Positions 30,196 through 40,669 are shown, numbered from the stretch's first letter. The stretch is 64,000 nucleotides of DNA from an uncultured Gammaproteobacteria bacterium (GCA_964452165.1 CAYVKP010000004.1:5333-69332), one strand, 5' to 3'. Notes: a model not told the origin generated them from the sequence alone. Made by a program: numbers and translations.

Positions 30196-30230
30196 GAGAA
30201 TTATTATAGACTAATAGATCAAATCTAAGC

Positions 30231-31112
30231 CTATTCGAGGTTAAGTTCTTTTAGAAACTGCTTAAATTCGCCATTCATGTCAGGATGGCGAAGGGCAAAT
30301 TCCACAACCGTCTTAATATACTCAAGTTTATTTCCGGTATCATAATATTTTGCATCTTTAATTTCGACGGCATATACCGGGACTCCCTGCTCACGCAATA
30401 AGTTTATTCCATCAGTTATCCATATCTCTCCGCCCCTACCAGGCTTCAAGCTTTTAAAGGCGGCAAAAGCTTCCGGTGGCAAAATATACGCCCCGTGAGT
30501 TGCCAGATTGCTTGGGGCATTTTCAGGCTCCGGCTTCTCAGTGATTGATTTTATTTTAAATACATTTCCATCAACTGGCTCGATATCCGCAATTCCGTAG
30601 CGCTTTAAATCCTCTTTTTTATCAATCCTAATCCCCGAAATTACAATTCCTCCATATTTTTCATGAACGTCTATCATTTGCTTGAGCCTTGGCGGGTCGG
30701 AATAAATAAATTCATCTCCCCAAATGACAGCAAAGGGTTCATCTTCAATGGCTGGCTCTGCGGCGAGAACTGGTGTTCCGTTTCCGTATGCCCCCTTTTG
30801 CCTTATATATATGAAGTTAGCCATCTTGGCCAGCTTTTCTATCTGATCCAAAAGCTCTTCCTTACCTCCGGCCTTGAGATTTTGAACTAAATCCTCGTTT
30901 GGAGTATCAAAGTGGTCTTCGATTGCACGTTTGTTGGCTCCGGTCACAACAATTATATCCTCTATCCCCGAGCTCACAACCTCCTCAACAACGTACTGAA
31001 TAACGGGTTTGTCTACTATCGGCAACATTTCTTTAGGCATTGCCTTTGTTTGGGGGAGAAAGCGGGTTCCAAAACCGGCGGCGGGGATTACAGCTTTACG
31101 AATTTTACTCAT
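30231..31112 (-). CDS. galU: UTP--glucose-1-phosphate uridylyltransferase
   Basis: KAVIPAAGFGTRFLPQTKAMPKEMLP. Confidence 0.95.
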   Translation of the reverse strand: MSKIRKAVIPAAGFGTRFLPQTKAMPKEMLPIVDKPVIQYVVEEVVSSGIEDIIVVTGANKRAIEDHFDTPNEDLVQNLKAGGKEELLDQIEKLAKMANFIYIRQKGAYGNGTPVLAAEPAIEDEPFAVIWGDEFIYSDPPRLKQMIDVHEKYGGIVISGIRIDKKEDLKRYGIADIEPVDGNVFKIKSITEKPEPENAPSNLATHGAYILPPEAFAAFKSLKPGRGGEIWITDGINLLREQGVPVYAVEIKDAKYYDTGNKLEYIKTVVEFALRHPDMNGEFKQFLKELNLE

Positions 31113-31244
31113 GCTCCATCATTTTAGAATCTATCGAACAAAAAGTCAAAAACAGTTTTTATTTGGGCGTCCTCACCCATAATAATGCAAACAAATCCAA
31201 AGCACTTTACATAGCCTCAGGAATTGTGGTAAAATGTGATCTCT

Positions 31245-31418
31245 ATGTTCAGGTTTCTTGGGGAAGTAAGGTCAGAACTTGAGAAAGTAAGTTTTCCAAC
31301 AACAAGCGAGGCGGGAAGATTAACAGCTGTGGTAATAATAATAAGTCTAGTAGTTGGAATCTATCTTGGAGGAGCTGACTTTTTGTTCACCAAACTTCTG
31401 GGACTCCTGATAAGCTAA
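31245..31418 (+). CDS. secE: preprotein translocase subunit SecE
   Basis: EVRSELEKVSFP plus TM; upstream of nusG. Confidence 0.92.
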   Translation: MFRFLGEVRSELEKVSFPTTSEAGRLTAVVIIISLVVGIYLGGADFLFTKLLGLLIS

Positions 31419-31425
31419 TTAAATT

Positions 31426-31965
31426 ATGGATAATTCAGAAAATCGCGCACGTTGGTTTATTGTTCACACATATTCCGGCCACGAAAATAAGGTTGCTAAG
31501 ACTCTCATGCAGAGAGTTGATGCTATGGGATTTAAAGAAAGAATCCTGGACGTTTTAGTGCCTACAAAAGAAATTGTCAAAGTCCGCTCCGGTAAAAAAG
31601 AGACTGTTAAAGAGAAAATATTCGCTGGTTACATTTTTGTAAAAATGATTCTTGATGATGAAGCATGGCTCTTGGTACGCACAACTCCGGGAGTAACTTC
31701 TTTTGTCGGAACAATGAACAAGCCTACCCCGGTCCGCGACGAAGAGGTCGATGCAATCTTGAAGTTTGTGGAGATGAAAGCACCCGTTTTCAAATCAGCA
31801 TTTTCAGCAGGTGAAGCTGTTAAAATTAATGATGGTCCGTTCTCAGATTTTCTTGGTAGCATTGAATCAATTGATGAAGAGAAAGGAAAGGTCAAAGTTC
31901 TAGTCTCGATTTTCGGCCGTGAAACACCGGTAGAACTTGACTTCTTGCAGGTCTCAAAGATCTAA
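31426..31965 (+). CDS. nusG: transcription termination/antitermination factor NusG
   Basis: WFIVHTYSGHE, KOW domain, IFGRETPVELDF. Confidence 0.97.
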   Translation: MDNSENRARWFIVHTYSGHENKVAKTLMQRVDAMGFKERILDVLVPTKEIVKVRSGKKETVKEKIFAGYIFVKMILDDEAWLLVRTTPGVTSFVGTMNKPTPVRDEEVDAILKFVEMKAPVFKSAFSAGEAVKINDGPFSDFLGSIESIDEEKGKVKVLVSIFGRETPVELDFLQVSKI

Positions 31966-32164
31966 GCAGCTTTTATGAACAGGTTTGCTGCTGCCCGTGG
32001 GGGGCCATTTGCAAGAAATCGGGAGAGACAGTTCTTCACTTTGCAACAAGAAGGACAGAGAAGGAAGTTTGTAAGACAGGTTCGGGGAGAAGAGAGAATA
32101 GAAGGAAATCAAAATTTCATAGCAACTGACAGGGAAGGAAACAGAGAGTTAGTAACGCATCATT

Positions 32165-32587
32165 ATGGCAAAGAAAGTTAAAATTATAATAAAACTAAAC
32201 GTTAAAGGCGGAGAAGCAACTCCTGCTCCTCCTGTTGGAACAGCCTTGGGACCGCATGGGCTTCCAATCATGGATTTTGTAAAAGCCTTCAATGACAAAA
32301 CCGCGGATCAGAAAGGTACGGTTTTGCCTGTTGTGATAACAGTATATGAAGATAGAACCTTCTCCTTCATTGTTAAAAAACCGCCAATTGCAGAACTTAT
32401 CAAAAAAGAACTTAAAATTCAAAAGGGAGCAGGAAAGCCTGGACGAGAAGTTGCAGGAAAGATTACAAATGAACAGGCAAAAAGAGTTGCCGAGATTAAA
32501 TTAGAAGATTTGAATACAAAAAACGTTGACCAGGCAGCGAAAATAGTAAAGGGCGTAGCCCGCTCAATGGGAATTCAAACAGAATAA
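32165..32587 (+). CDS. rplK: 50S ribosomal protein L11
   Basis: ATPAPPVGTALG, ARSMG. Confidence 0.97.
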   Translation: MAKKVKIIIKLNVKGGEATPAPPVGTALGPHGLPIMDFVKAFNDKTADQKGTVLPVVITVYEDRTFSFIVKKPPIAELIKKELKIQKGAGKPGREVAGKITNEQAKRVAEIKLEDLNTKNVDQAAKIVKGVARSMGIQTE

Positions 32588-32704
32588 TATGCATATATCT
32601 TTAATCAAAGGAAGGAGAGCAGGCGCGGTCCGATGAAATCGCGATGAGGCTTTGCCTCAAGCGCCGTTGAGAGGAAACATAGTTGCCTCTCAAAGACAAA
32701 GTTT

Positions 32705-33550
32705 ATGGGAAAAGTTAAAGTAAAAGTCATTGGAGACGAACAGGCTGAGCTTGATGCTCTCGCAGAACAAAAGAAAAAGCGCGAGGAAAAGGCTGCCAAA
32801 AAAGCTAATGTTAAAGGTGTAAATCTTGGTGGTGGAGAAAGAATCAACACGGTCGGAGTCTCAGAGGAAGAAATCGCAAAAGAGCTGGAAACTTCTTCAG
32901 AAAAAACAAGCGAAGCACAGTCCGCTTCTGGCGGAAAAGAAAAAAAGGCAAGGAGAAAAGTAGAAGTGAGGGTTCGCTCAAAGAGACACACGTCAAATTC
33001 TTCAATGGTGAGTGCGCAGCCCTACAAAGTAAATGAAGGAATTGTGGTTTTGAAAAAGTTTAAGAAAAGTAATTTTGATGAAACAGTGGAGCTACACATC
33101 AACGTCAAAGAAAAGGGAGTTTCAGGTACCGTCACTCTACCCCATGGAACCGGTAAAAAACTTAGAATTAAAATTGCCGACGATGCGTTAATTGCTGAGG
33201 TTGAAAAGGGAAAGATTGATTTTGACATTCTAGTTGCAGAGCCTTCCATGATGCCCAAACTTGCTAAGGTTGCAAGGGTCTTAGGTCCACGAGGTCTTAT
33301 GCCAAATCCAAAAGCAGGAACAATTACCGACAAGCCACAAGTAGCCGTTGAAAAGCTTTCGGCAGGACAAACATCTTACAAAACTGAGTCCGGCGCAGCA
33401 GTAATTCATGCATCGGTTGGAAAACTCTCCTTTGAAGATAAAATGCTTTCGGAAAATATAAACGCACTACTCACGTCAATTGGAGAAACAAAAATCGATA
33501 AAGTTGTTCTCAAGTCCAGTATGTCTCCCGCTGTCCAAATCCAGCTTTAA
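32705..33550 (+). CDS. rplA: 50S ribosomal protein L1 with charged N-terminal extension
   Basis: FDETVELH, LPHGTGK, LGPRGLMPNPKAGT. Confidence 0.95.
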   Translation: MGKVKVKVIGDEQAELDALAEQKKKREEKAAKKANVKGVNLGGGERINTVGVSEEEIAKELETSSEKTSEAQSASGGKEKKARRKVEVRVRSKRHTSNSSMVSAQPYKVNEGIVVLKKFKKSNFDETVELHINVKEKGVSGTVTLPHGTGKKLRIKIADDALIAEVEKGKIDFDILVAEPSMMPKLAKVARVLGPRGLMPNPKAGTITDKPQVAVEKLSAGQTSYKTESGAAVIHASVGKLSFEDKMLSENINALLTSIGETKIDKVVLKSSMSPAVQIQL

Positions 33551-33615
33551 TCTTCTCGACTTTAGTTCAAGCACCCAGCTCTGCAAGAAAAACTAAAATA
33601 GTCTAAAATATTTTT

Positions 33616-34716
33616 ATGGCCGAACTTACTGCTGAAGGAATTACCGTTGCCAAACCTAACCAGGTAATTGAAGTGACTCCATCTCAATGGCTTGATTTTG
33701 CACTCAAAAAACAAGAGGTTCAAGATAGATACCTGATGGCAGACATCGGAGTCAAAACTCTTAGTGGAGAAAAACTCCTGGAACCGGATGGACGCTATCA
33801 TTTGGACGGTGACAAGCTCGGAATATTTGCGCCTGAAAAGGAAGCGAGAGAACGAATGGGCGTATTTTTTGAAGATTTGGTAAACGCAGGGCTTAATTTA
33901 TCAGAAAGAATTCACTCTGATAATTATCTACTAGAACCGCACCCAAGATATGGTACCAATCCGATTGGAGAAGTCCTAATAGCAAAAGCCGGGAGCGATA
34001 TCGATAAAAAGACAGGACAGTTTTTACTTGACGGGCAACGTGCTCCAGCTCCTGATGCATATGCCAGGAAAGTGGCGGATTTAGCAAGGCTTGAGAAATA
34101 TATGGGGTTGTCTGAAGTCGTTTTTGGACTGACAAAACTGACGGATATTCCGGACGATACTCCTACCAGCATGAGACAGTTTCGCACCATGAGACACAAT
34201 TATGAACTTGTCCGCGGGCCATCAAATCCCAGGGTCGGAAAGAGTTTTGATGTGGTACGGGGCGGTCGTGATCCGGATCTGAGGTTTAGTTTCCTACCTA
34301 ATTATTACTCCGCGTACGAAGGCTATTCTCATCTTAACGGTGCAGATCCCCAAGAAGCGGAAGAAATTCTACATCAAATGACAAGAAAAAGAGATGGAGC
34401 GGCAGATGTTAGAACAATAGTTGATAACGCAAAAAAGACAGCAGCCAAACCTTCCATGAGGGTGAGCGCCATTCGAGATGGGAAAGTTACCGGCTCAATC
34501 GGAGGAGACTTTATTGTAAATCCTGACGGTACTTTTGGATTTAACCTGAAGGCTGACGGCTTTCCGGAGCATTCAGAGTTTATAATGCGTGGGAAAAGGC
34601 AGCCGGGAAGAATGCAGGCAAAGCGTACAGAAAGTCCTTTTGCTCCGGTCAGTAGACTCATTGATGATTTTTCCAAAATGAGCATTAAGCCCTCTTATCA
34701 GTTTGTGAGGCGCTAA
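33616..34716 (+). CDS. hypothetical protein
   Basis: 366-aa ORF, no recognised motif. Confidence 0.7.
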   Translation: MAELTAEGITVAKPNQVIEVTPSQWLDFALKKQEVQDRYLMADIGVKTLSGEKLLEPDGRYHLDGDKLGIFAPEKEARERMGVFFEDLVNAGLNLSERIHSDNYLLEPHPRYGTNPIGEVLIAKAGSDIDKKTGQFLLDGQRAPAPDAYARKVADLARLEKYMGLSEVVFGLTKLTDIPDDTPTSMRQFRTMRHNYELVRGPSNPRVGKSFDVVRGGRDPDLRFSFLPNYYSAYEGYSHLNGADPQEAEEILHQMTRKRDGAADVRTIVDNAKKTAAKPSMRVSAIRDGKVTGSIGGDFIVNPDGTFGFNLKADGFPEHSEFIMRGKRQPGRMQAKRTESPFAPVSRLIDDFSKMSIKPSYQFVRR

Positions 34717-35606
34717 ACTCCTTTTCTGTAGTCCGCTTTCGAAAGCCTGATCTTTTCTTGGTCCTCTTCAAAGAAATGGGCTTTAATGAAGGCCATGGTG
34801 TCGTGGGGGTCTTGAGTATTAATAAAAATTCCCGTCGCCATTTCAAAACCTCCGGGGATTTTGGCACGCGGCATAATTCTTAAATACCAATCGCGCCTTG
34901 GATAAATATAAAAATTGTACGGAAAATCATGGCCATGGCGTGCCTCGAATATAAAAACGAGACGGCGCAAAACGTATGCCAGATTTTCCATCTCCTCGTA
35001 CGTCACTTCGCCAAATAATTTACCTCTTTCTTCGGGAACTATCCAAACCTCATCAGGCCATTGTGAATAAGGCGGGCAGACTATCTGAAAATCCTTGACC
35101 TTCAAGTACTCTCCTTTGTAATCTAAAAACTCCTCGAGCGACGGGACAACGATAGGCACCTCGGGAGGCACAACCGCAAGCTGGGAATGAGAATGATTAA
35201 TGCTCTCCCCCGCATCATGTCCGGAATTACTGAATATGCAAACCGTTCCCTGCTTAATATGAGCGTTAAAACGGTTAACAAAAGCCTCGATTACAAGCTT
35301 TACCTGCTCCAAAGACAACTCTGAAATACTGTGCGCATGTTGGGGTGTGTGGACAATTACTTCATGGATCGGCGCGAAGGGATATTTATTTTTCATGACG
35401 CGAACCGACCACTTGTCATCACCAGGCTCTCCCCCAATCCTAAAAACATCGGGGTCGTGTTTTTCATTTCCCGGACAGAAGGGGCAAAAATGCTCCTCTT
35501 TTTTAGCGTGAATATCCGGCCTCTTGGCTCGTCTTGGCGCCAAAATTATCCAATTCTCAAGCGATGGAATATGCGCAAACTTAAAGTCTGTCTTATTATC
35601 GGGCAT
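34713..35606 (-). CDS. galT: galactose-1-phosphate uridylyltransferase (HIT superfamily)
   Basis: RAKRP, CPFCPGNE, NKYP, AGESINHSHSQ. Confidence 0.88.
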   Translation of the reverse strand: MPDNKTDFKFAHIPSLENWIILAPRRAKRPDIHAKKEEHFCPFCPGNEKHDPDVFRIGGEPGDDKWSVRVMKNKYPFAPIHEVIVHTPQHAHSISELSLEQVKLVIEAFVNRFNAHIKQGTVCIFSNSGHDAGESINHSHSQLAVVPPEVPIVVPSLEEFLDYKGEYLKVKDFQIVCPPYSQWPDEVWIVPEERGKLFGEVTYEEMENLAYVLRRLVFIFEARHGHDFPYNFYIYPRRDWYLRIMPRAKIPGGFEMATGIFINTQDPHDTMAFIKAHFFEEDQEKIRLSKADYRKGV

Positions 35607-35638
35607 TAACTATATTAAGAGGAATTCTCAGCCGAAAA

Positions 35639-37363
35639 TCAAGGAGAGGGAGGTTTTTGTCTGAGATCCGGATTTAATACGGGCACTTTTACGTTATCGT
35701 TTGTGTGAACAAGCTCAAGCTGAGAATCTGTGTTGGGGTATCGTCTGGGATTATTTATCTTTTCAAGTCCATCATAAATCATTTCCGGCGTTAGAGGACT
35801 AAGATGCTGTTTATTTTGAGGAGATGTCGCATCGTCAATAAAATTTTTAAATTCCTTGTCTCTACTTGAGATCAACTGTCTGTTCTCGGGGATTAAAACC
35901 ATACATGCAATACCTTCGTAAATCTTAGGCACATCGAGTTTCCCCTCTGGTGTTAAATAAAAACCTAACCCATTCACTTCGATTAGCGCACGAGATAGAC
36001 TCTCGTTTTCCTTGATAGTGTAATCCCTTGTCTCGTCACACTTGAGTCTTGGATCCATCTCAGGAGCTTTCGGCGTGGGTGTTGGACTCTCTTCGGAAAA
36101 TACCGGAACATTTTCATATATTGCCGGAGGCGACATGGGAGGAACACTGGCCACATCAATACCTCCGCCAAAAACTGCTGGTCCTGTTGCTGCTAGCGTT
36201 ATAAGCGGACCCAGGCCAATTCCTTTTTTGGCTACCTTTTCCACAATAATATTATTACTGTTAATTCCTTGCGTTATGTATTTATGAAGCCTCAGGGTTG
36301 CTGCATCAGAACCATTGCGAAGAAATATATCTAAAGGGTTTGCATCAAGACCAGCAGGCGTCACTTCTTGTACCCGATCTCTTTGAGTTATTGTAAGCTT
36401 AGTCTCATCCCCCTCAATAATTACAGCATCTTTAAACTTTGGATCATTTAATAAGTCTTCAGATTTGCCGTGTAAAATTGATGTCAGATCTTCTATTCCG
36501 CCGGGGTTTTTTGGATCAAGGCTTAAAATGCGTAAATTTTTATAACTTTGTGCTAATTCACTTGGGTTATGATCCAATGGCAAAACTACTGCCATATGTC
36601 TGCCGCGGTCGCCATGATTTAATACATCTTGCGAATGATCACCATCATACACCTTAACTCCATGTACTTGATCCGGAATTTTTCTATTCGCATCCGCACT
36701 CATTTCGGATACCATACCCCCTTCAACCGGCGTTTTATCCCATTTTTGCTGATCGGTTGAGCTTGGGCTCGAAGTTTTTAAAGTAGCTGGCTCTACATTT
36801 GTTTTATGCATAACAATTCTGTTGAGTGCGGGGTCGAAATCTAAAATATCAACTCCAACAACGTGATCTAGATTTACAGTGAATTTTTCGGATCTGAGTT
36901 GATCTCGTGTCAAGCGAGTACCTGGAGCATCTATAGGATCTGTTGCTCTCTTTACCACAAGCGTGTCTCCGTCTTGTCTCATCACAACCGTACTTTCGAG
37001 TTGGCCAGGAGGTAACTCGGGAATATTTCTGGAGTCGTCTAGATTAACAACACGATCCGGATCTTTATTCGGGTCAAGTCCCGTATGTTCCATAGCCAGG
37101 GCAAATGACATACCTTGCTCGCCGGCCTTAAGTTGAAACGGCACTGCACGATCTTCTCCGTTTTCTCCCTCATTAAAGGTCTCCATCTTGTGCGCATCGC
37201 CTTGATAAACTTTGACCCCATGAATCTCCGAGGGTTTTTGACCATATTTTTCGGAGATTGGATTTGGAAACTCCTGAATGAGAGGTTTGGGTTCAGGCGG
37301 CGGGACCATTTTTTCCGGAACACGAGGGGCAACCTGAGGTAATTCAGAAGGTTCAATTGCCAT
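35639..37363 (-). CDS. hypothetical membrane protein with duplicated N-terminal domain and LysM-like C-terminus
   Basis: HGVKVYxGD repeated twice, TM, PT linker, YTIKENESLS...LVHTNDNVKVP. Confidence 0.65.
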   Translation of the reverse strand: MAIEPSELPQVAPRVPEKMVPPPEPKPLIQEFPNPISEKYGQKPSEIHGVKVYQGDAHKMETFNEGENGEDRAVPFQLKAGEQGMSFALAMEHTGLDPNKDPDRVVNLDDSRNIPELPPGQLESTVVMRQDGDTLVVKRATDPIDAPGTRLTRDQLRSEKFTVNLDHVVGVDILDFDPALNRIVMHKTNVEPATLKTSSPSSTDQQKWDKTPVEGGMVSEMSADANRKIPDQVHGVKVYDGDHSQDVLNHGDRGRHMAVVLPLDHNPSELAQSYKNLRILSLDPKNPGGIEDLTSILHGKSEDLLNDPKFKDAVIIEGDETKLTITQRDRVQEVTPAGLDANPLDIFLRNGSDAATLRLHKYITQGINSNNIIVEKVAKKGIGLGPLITLAATGPAVFGGGIDVASVPPMSPPAIYENVPVFSEESPTPTPKAPEMDPRLKCDETRDYTIKENESLSRALIEVNGLGFYLTPEGKLDVPKIYEGIACMVLIPENRQLISSRDKEFKNFIDDATSPQNKQHLSPLTPEMIYDGLEKINNPRRYPNTDSQLELVHTNDNVKVPVLNPDLRQKPPSP

Positions 37364-37405
37364 ACATATACTGTATGAGAAATTGCTTCTCGTTGTCAAG
37401 CCAAA

Positions 37406-38050
37406 CTAATTTGCCGACTCTGTGACGAGGCGGGCACGAGTTTTAAAATTCCTTACCGACTCAAAAAGCACAAGAACAAAAAGAACAGCTTGAATACCAA
37501 TTAGATATATATGGCTATGATTCTTTATAAACAGATTCGGATTGATGAGTATTAGACAGAAAAATATAAAGCTTATAAATGCTGCAGCCGGCATTAAAAA
37601 TTTCATTTCAAAAATCTGCCGGCCTAAAATGTGATTAAATAATTTTCGTTTCTCGGGTGTCTTAAATCGATCCTTCCTAACTAAGATCATTTTATAATCT
37701 ACGTAATAAGAAACCACTACAACCATGAAGAAAACTGTGACGAGCCCAAACCAAATAAGCGGATTCGTAAGATGGGAAAAAGCCATAACTTCAATAAATG
37801 AAGCGAGAAAATAAAGAAAGCTATGCGCAAGGTCTATTGGCCAATCAATGAAGGAAATTGCGTGAATTATTGCGACAGCCCAAAAACTTAAAATAATGAT
37901 GAACGAACAAATAATATACGGGTAATATTCAAATCTTAAGGACGCAACAGGATCCGATGCTGCTGTTGCTAAGGCCGCCAAAGCTACTCCCTGAACAACG
38001 CTGATGAGCAGAAACTCTAAGCTGAGACTAAATTCATTAAGCTTTTCCAT
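37406..38050 (-). CDS. multi-pass membrane protein
   Basis: About 6 hydrophobic helices. Confidence 0.7.
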   Translation of the reverse strand: MEKLNEFSLSLEFLLISVVQGVALAALATAASDPVASLRFEYYPYIICSFIIILSFWAVAIIHAISFIDWPIDLAHSFLYFLASFIEVMAFSHLTNPLIWFGLVTVFFMVVVVSYYVDYKMILVRKDRFKTPEKRKLFNHILGRQIFEMKFLMPAAAFISFIFFCLILINPNLFIKNHSHIYLIGIQAVLFVLVLFESVRNFKTRARLVTESAN

Positions 38051-38074
38051 TTCTTTGGAATTTTACCACAAGCA

Positions 38075-38839
38075 CTAAGTTGTGTCTCCGTCTAAAAATT
38101 CGTAATAAGAAAGAACAAAAACCGAGCCTATCAAGATGTAGAAAAATAGTTCCTCAAAGGGTAACTCCACTCCTGATATTCTAAATACCAACAAGAATTT
38201 TCCTCCGTAAAATGTCCAACCACCGAGTTTTAGTGCTACCATCTCGTCAACAAAAGAAACCACAGCTATATATGATGCGACTTTTGCAAATCTTGAAACG
38301 TATTTTGGATAAGATTTAAAGAAAAGAATTGTTGGTATTAAAGCTAAAATTACTCCCGAAACTAGATAATAATAAGGAATTTGTAAAAGTGCGGGATTAA
38401 GAAAAAGTGCCGCGAAAAACACAGCGAACGCTACCCCATTTACTAAGAACCAATACATAAACCTCTTCCCAAGCAAGCTTTTATTCCCAGTTTTAAAGTG
38501 AATTTCATAAAAAATTAGTATCAGATATATCCATAAAAATGCCCATATCAGATCTTCCACCGGAACTGCATTAAAAATCCTGAAAGGAAAAATAGTATCG
38601 ATAACAAACCACGCATGATTTAAAAACCCAAGATAATCAACCAAAAGAGAAAGCATGGTTGAGCCTAAAAATGCTGCGAGCAAAAGCCGTGGAATAATTT
38701 GCTTATTGTTCAAATGATTCGTTAGATATACAGACGGGAGCCCGAATATTATTAGAGTTGTAATAAAAAGATTTGTTTTAAAAGTCAAACAAAAGTATCC
38801 ACTTACAGCGGCGAGTAAATACAGAGGCAGTTGCTTCAT
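38075..38839 (-). CDS. lycopene-cyclase-domain-like membrane protein (two repeats)
   Basis: W...PVEDLIWAF and W...LPFEELFFY repeats. Confidence 0.6.
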   Translation of the reverse strand: MKQLPLYLLAAVSGYFCLTFKTNLFITTLIIFGLPSVYLTNHLNNKQIIPRLLLAAFLGSTMLSLLVDYLGFLNHAWFVIDTIFPFRIFNAVPVEDLIWAFLWIYLILIFYEIHFKTGNKSLLGKRFMYWFLVNGVAFAVFFAALFLNPALLQIPYYYLVSGVILALIPTILFFKSYPKYVSRFAKVASYIAVVSFVDEMVALKLGGWTFYGGKFLLVFRISGVELPFEELFFYILIGSVFVLSYYEFLDGDTT

Positions 38840-38937
38840 GAATAAATTGTAGCATTTTTTAATTATCAGAATAAGCGCTGTTGACAATTATCATTTTCTG
38901 ATGTAGAATATATTGAAATATTTAAATATATTAATAT

Positions 38938-39213
38938 ATGGCAGATGGAGTTGTAAAAATATTAGACGCACTTTCAGACGAAATCCGTGTGGAAATTATT
39001 AGAGATCTTTTAAACGGCCACCATTCCGTGTGTCCTGAAGTTAAGAAAAAGTTGGGTAAATCCCAACCTACTCTATCCCACCATATTGGTAAACTCGTAG
39101 ACTCGGGCGTTTTAACAGAAACTAAAAAAGGAGTTAATTGCTATTACAAAGTAGATGCGAAATATCTGAAAGACATAGGAATTGATATCAAAAAGTTAAT
39201 AGCAAAAAATTAA
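38938..39213 (+). CDS. ArsR/SmtB transcriptional regulator
   Basis: ALSDEIRVEI, SQPTLSHH, L..SGVL. Confidence 0.9.
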   Translation: MADGVVKILDALSDEIRVEIIRDLLNGHHSVCPEVKKKLGKSQPTLSHHIGKLVDSGVLTETKKGVNCYYKVDAKYLKDIGIDIKKLIAKN

Positions 39214-39215
39214 TC

Positions 39216-39833
39216 ATGGATAATTGGACAAAAATACCATCAAAAGAAGTAATCGAACAAACCGTTGCGGCATTAAAGGCGAACAACATCGAAGCTTTCG
39301 TTGTTGAAAATGCGGAGGAAGCAAAAAAGAAAGTACTTAGTATAATTCCTGAGGGTTCCGAAGTCTTCCCGCAAACTTCAAAAACACTCGACGCTATTGG
39401 TATTCCCGCAATTTTGAACGAATCAGGAAAATATGATTCTGTTAGAACAAGACTTAATTCTATGGATCGGACTACTCAGTCCCGCGAAATGAGAAAATTA
39501 GGGGCGGCACCCGACTTTGCCATTGGCTCCGTGCATGCACTTACGCAAGACGGCAATGCTATGATTGCCTCAAATACTGGGAGCCAACTGCCGGCATATG
39601 TTTATGGTGCAGGTGTTGTAATTTGGGTTGTAGGCGCACAGAAAATTGTAAAAAACAAAGAAGAAGGAAACAAAAGAATTTACGAACACGTTCTACCGCT
39701 TGAGGCAGAGCGTGCAAACAAAGCTTACAACATAACCACGGGAAGCTTCGTTTCAAAGCTCTTAATTGTAAATCGTGAAGTAAATCCTGAGAGGATTAAA
39801 ATAATAATCGTCAAAGAAGTCCTAGGCTTTTAA
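39216..39833 (+). CDS. LUD-domain (lactate utilisation-like) protein
   Basis: SVHALTQDG, ASNTGSQ, VVGAQKIV. Confidence 0.8.
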   Translation: MDNWTKIPSKEVIEQTVAALKANNIEAFVVENAEEAKKKVLSIIPEGSEVFPQTSKTLDAIGIPAILNESGKYDSVRTRLNSMDRTTQSREMRKLGAAPDFAIGSVHALTQDGNAMIASNTGSQLPAYVYGAGVVIWVVGAQKIVKNKEEGNKRIYEHVLPLEAERANKAYNITTGSFVSKLLIVNREVNPERIKIIIVKEVLGF

Positions 39834-40669
39834 TTTGCCCTCAATCCCTTCGTCTCTATCTGATCTGCCACCATTTCTGTACGTGCACGGCCAATCCATT
39901 TAGAATCTGTGACCGGATCAAAAAGATTCATTGACGGTAACCCTTTATCCGGGGTTTTTAAAATGACTCTTCTCATGACAACCGAATGGTTCCAGTCTTC
40001 CTTGCTTACTTTTCCATATTGTGGATCTACAAGTTTGACTGCCTCTTCTCTCATTATTTCCTTAACTTTTGAATAGTCACCGCTCATGGTGCTCCAAAGT
40101 ACACTTCTTAGATCTCCGATTAGTGGATCCCATTTGTTTGAAGCCGCCTCATACCCCATTTTACGCTGATCTGATTTTCTCTGATCCTCTCTTGCAGTCA
40201 AGAAAAGCAGTAATAATTCGACAGAAGCTTTCTGGGCACTATAAGGCTGGAGCTTTTTAATAGATCCCACTCCATTCATCAAAGTGGAAAACTCATCATT
40301 CACATTAGGCTGTAATCTAATGGCATCTGCACTATTTAGATGTGTGTCTCTTTGAATTACCCGGAGAGTTCTTACTTTCATTCTTCCTCTATTTTCCATT
40401 AAGACAGCTTGACTATTGTTTTCTGCTATAACTCCCGAATCATAATATACTTTTTGTTCGAGTAAGTTAGTTATCAGGGCTCCCCCAAAAAGTGCTGCTG
40501 CTGCCATAGGGTCACCGTTTGCAACTTCGTAGCCGGCTCCAATAGCTTCCACTGTCTTTAGTCCCCCTGCCATCATACCTTTCCATCCTAAAGGTTCCGC
40601 TCTTCTACCGGCCTCTACTCTTCTTGATATATTTTGAACACCCTGGCGGGCTCTTTCTATTGCGCTCAT
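39830..40669 (-). CDS. hypothetical protein
   Basis: 279-aa ORF overlapping the era stop codon. Confidence 0.65.
   Translation of the reverse strand: MSAIERARQGVQNISRRVEAGRRAEPLGWKGMMAGGLKTVEAIGAGYEVANGDPMAAAALFGGALITNLLEQKVYYDSGVIAENNSQAVLMENRGRMKVRTLRVIQRDTHLNSADAIRLQPNVNDEFSTLMNGVGSIKKLQPYSAQKASVELLLLFLTAREDQRKSDQRKMGYEAASNKWDPLIGDLRSVLWSTMSGDYSKVKEIMREEAVKLVDPQYGKVSKEDWNHSVVMRRVILKTPDKGLPSMNLFDPVTDSKWIGRARTEMVADQIETKGLRAN

Noticed and set aside
32625-32680. Hammerhead ribozyme (CCGATGA...GAAAC)
   Set aside because: The core deviates from CUGAUGA and the stems do not fit hammerhead topology.
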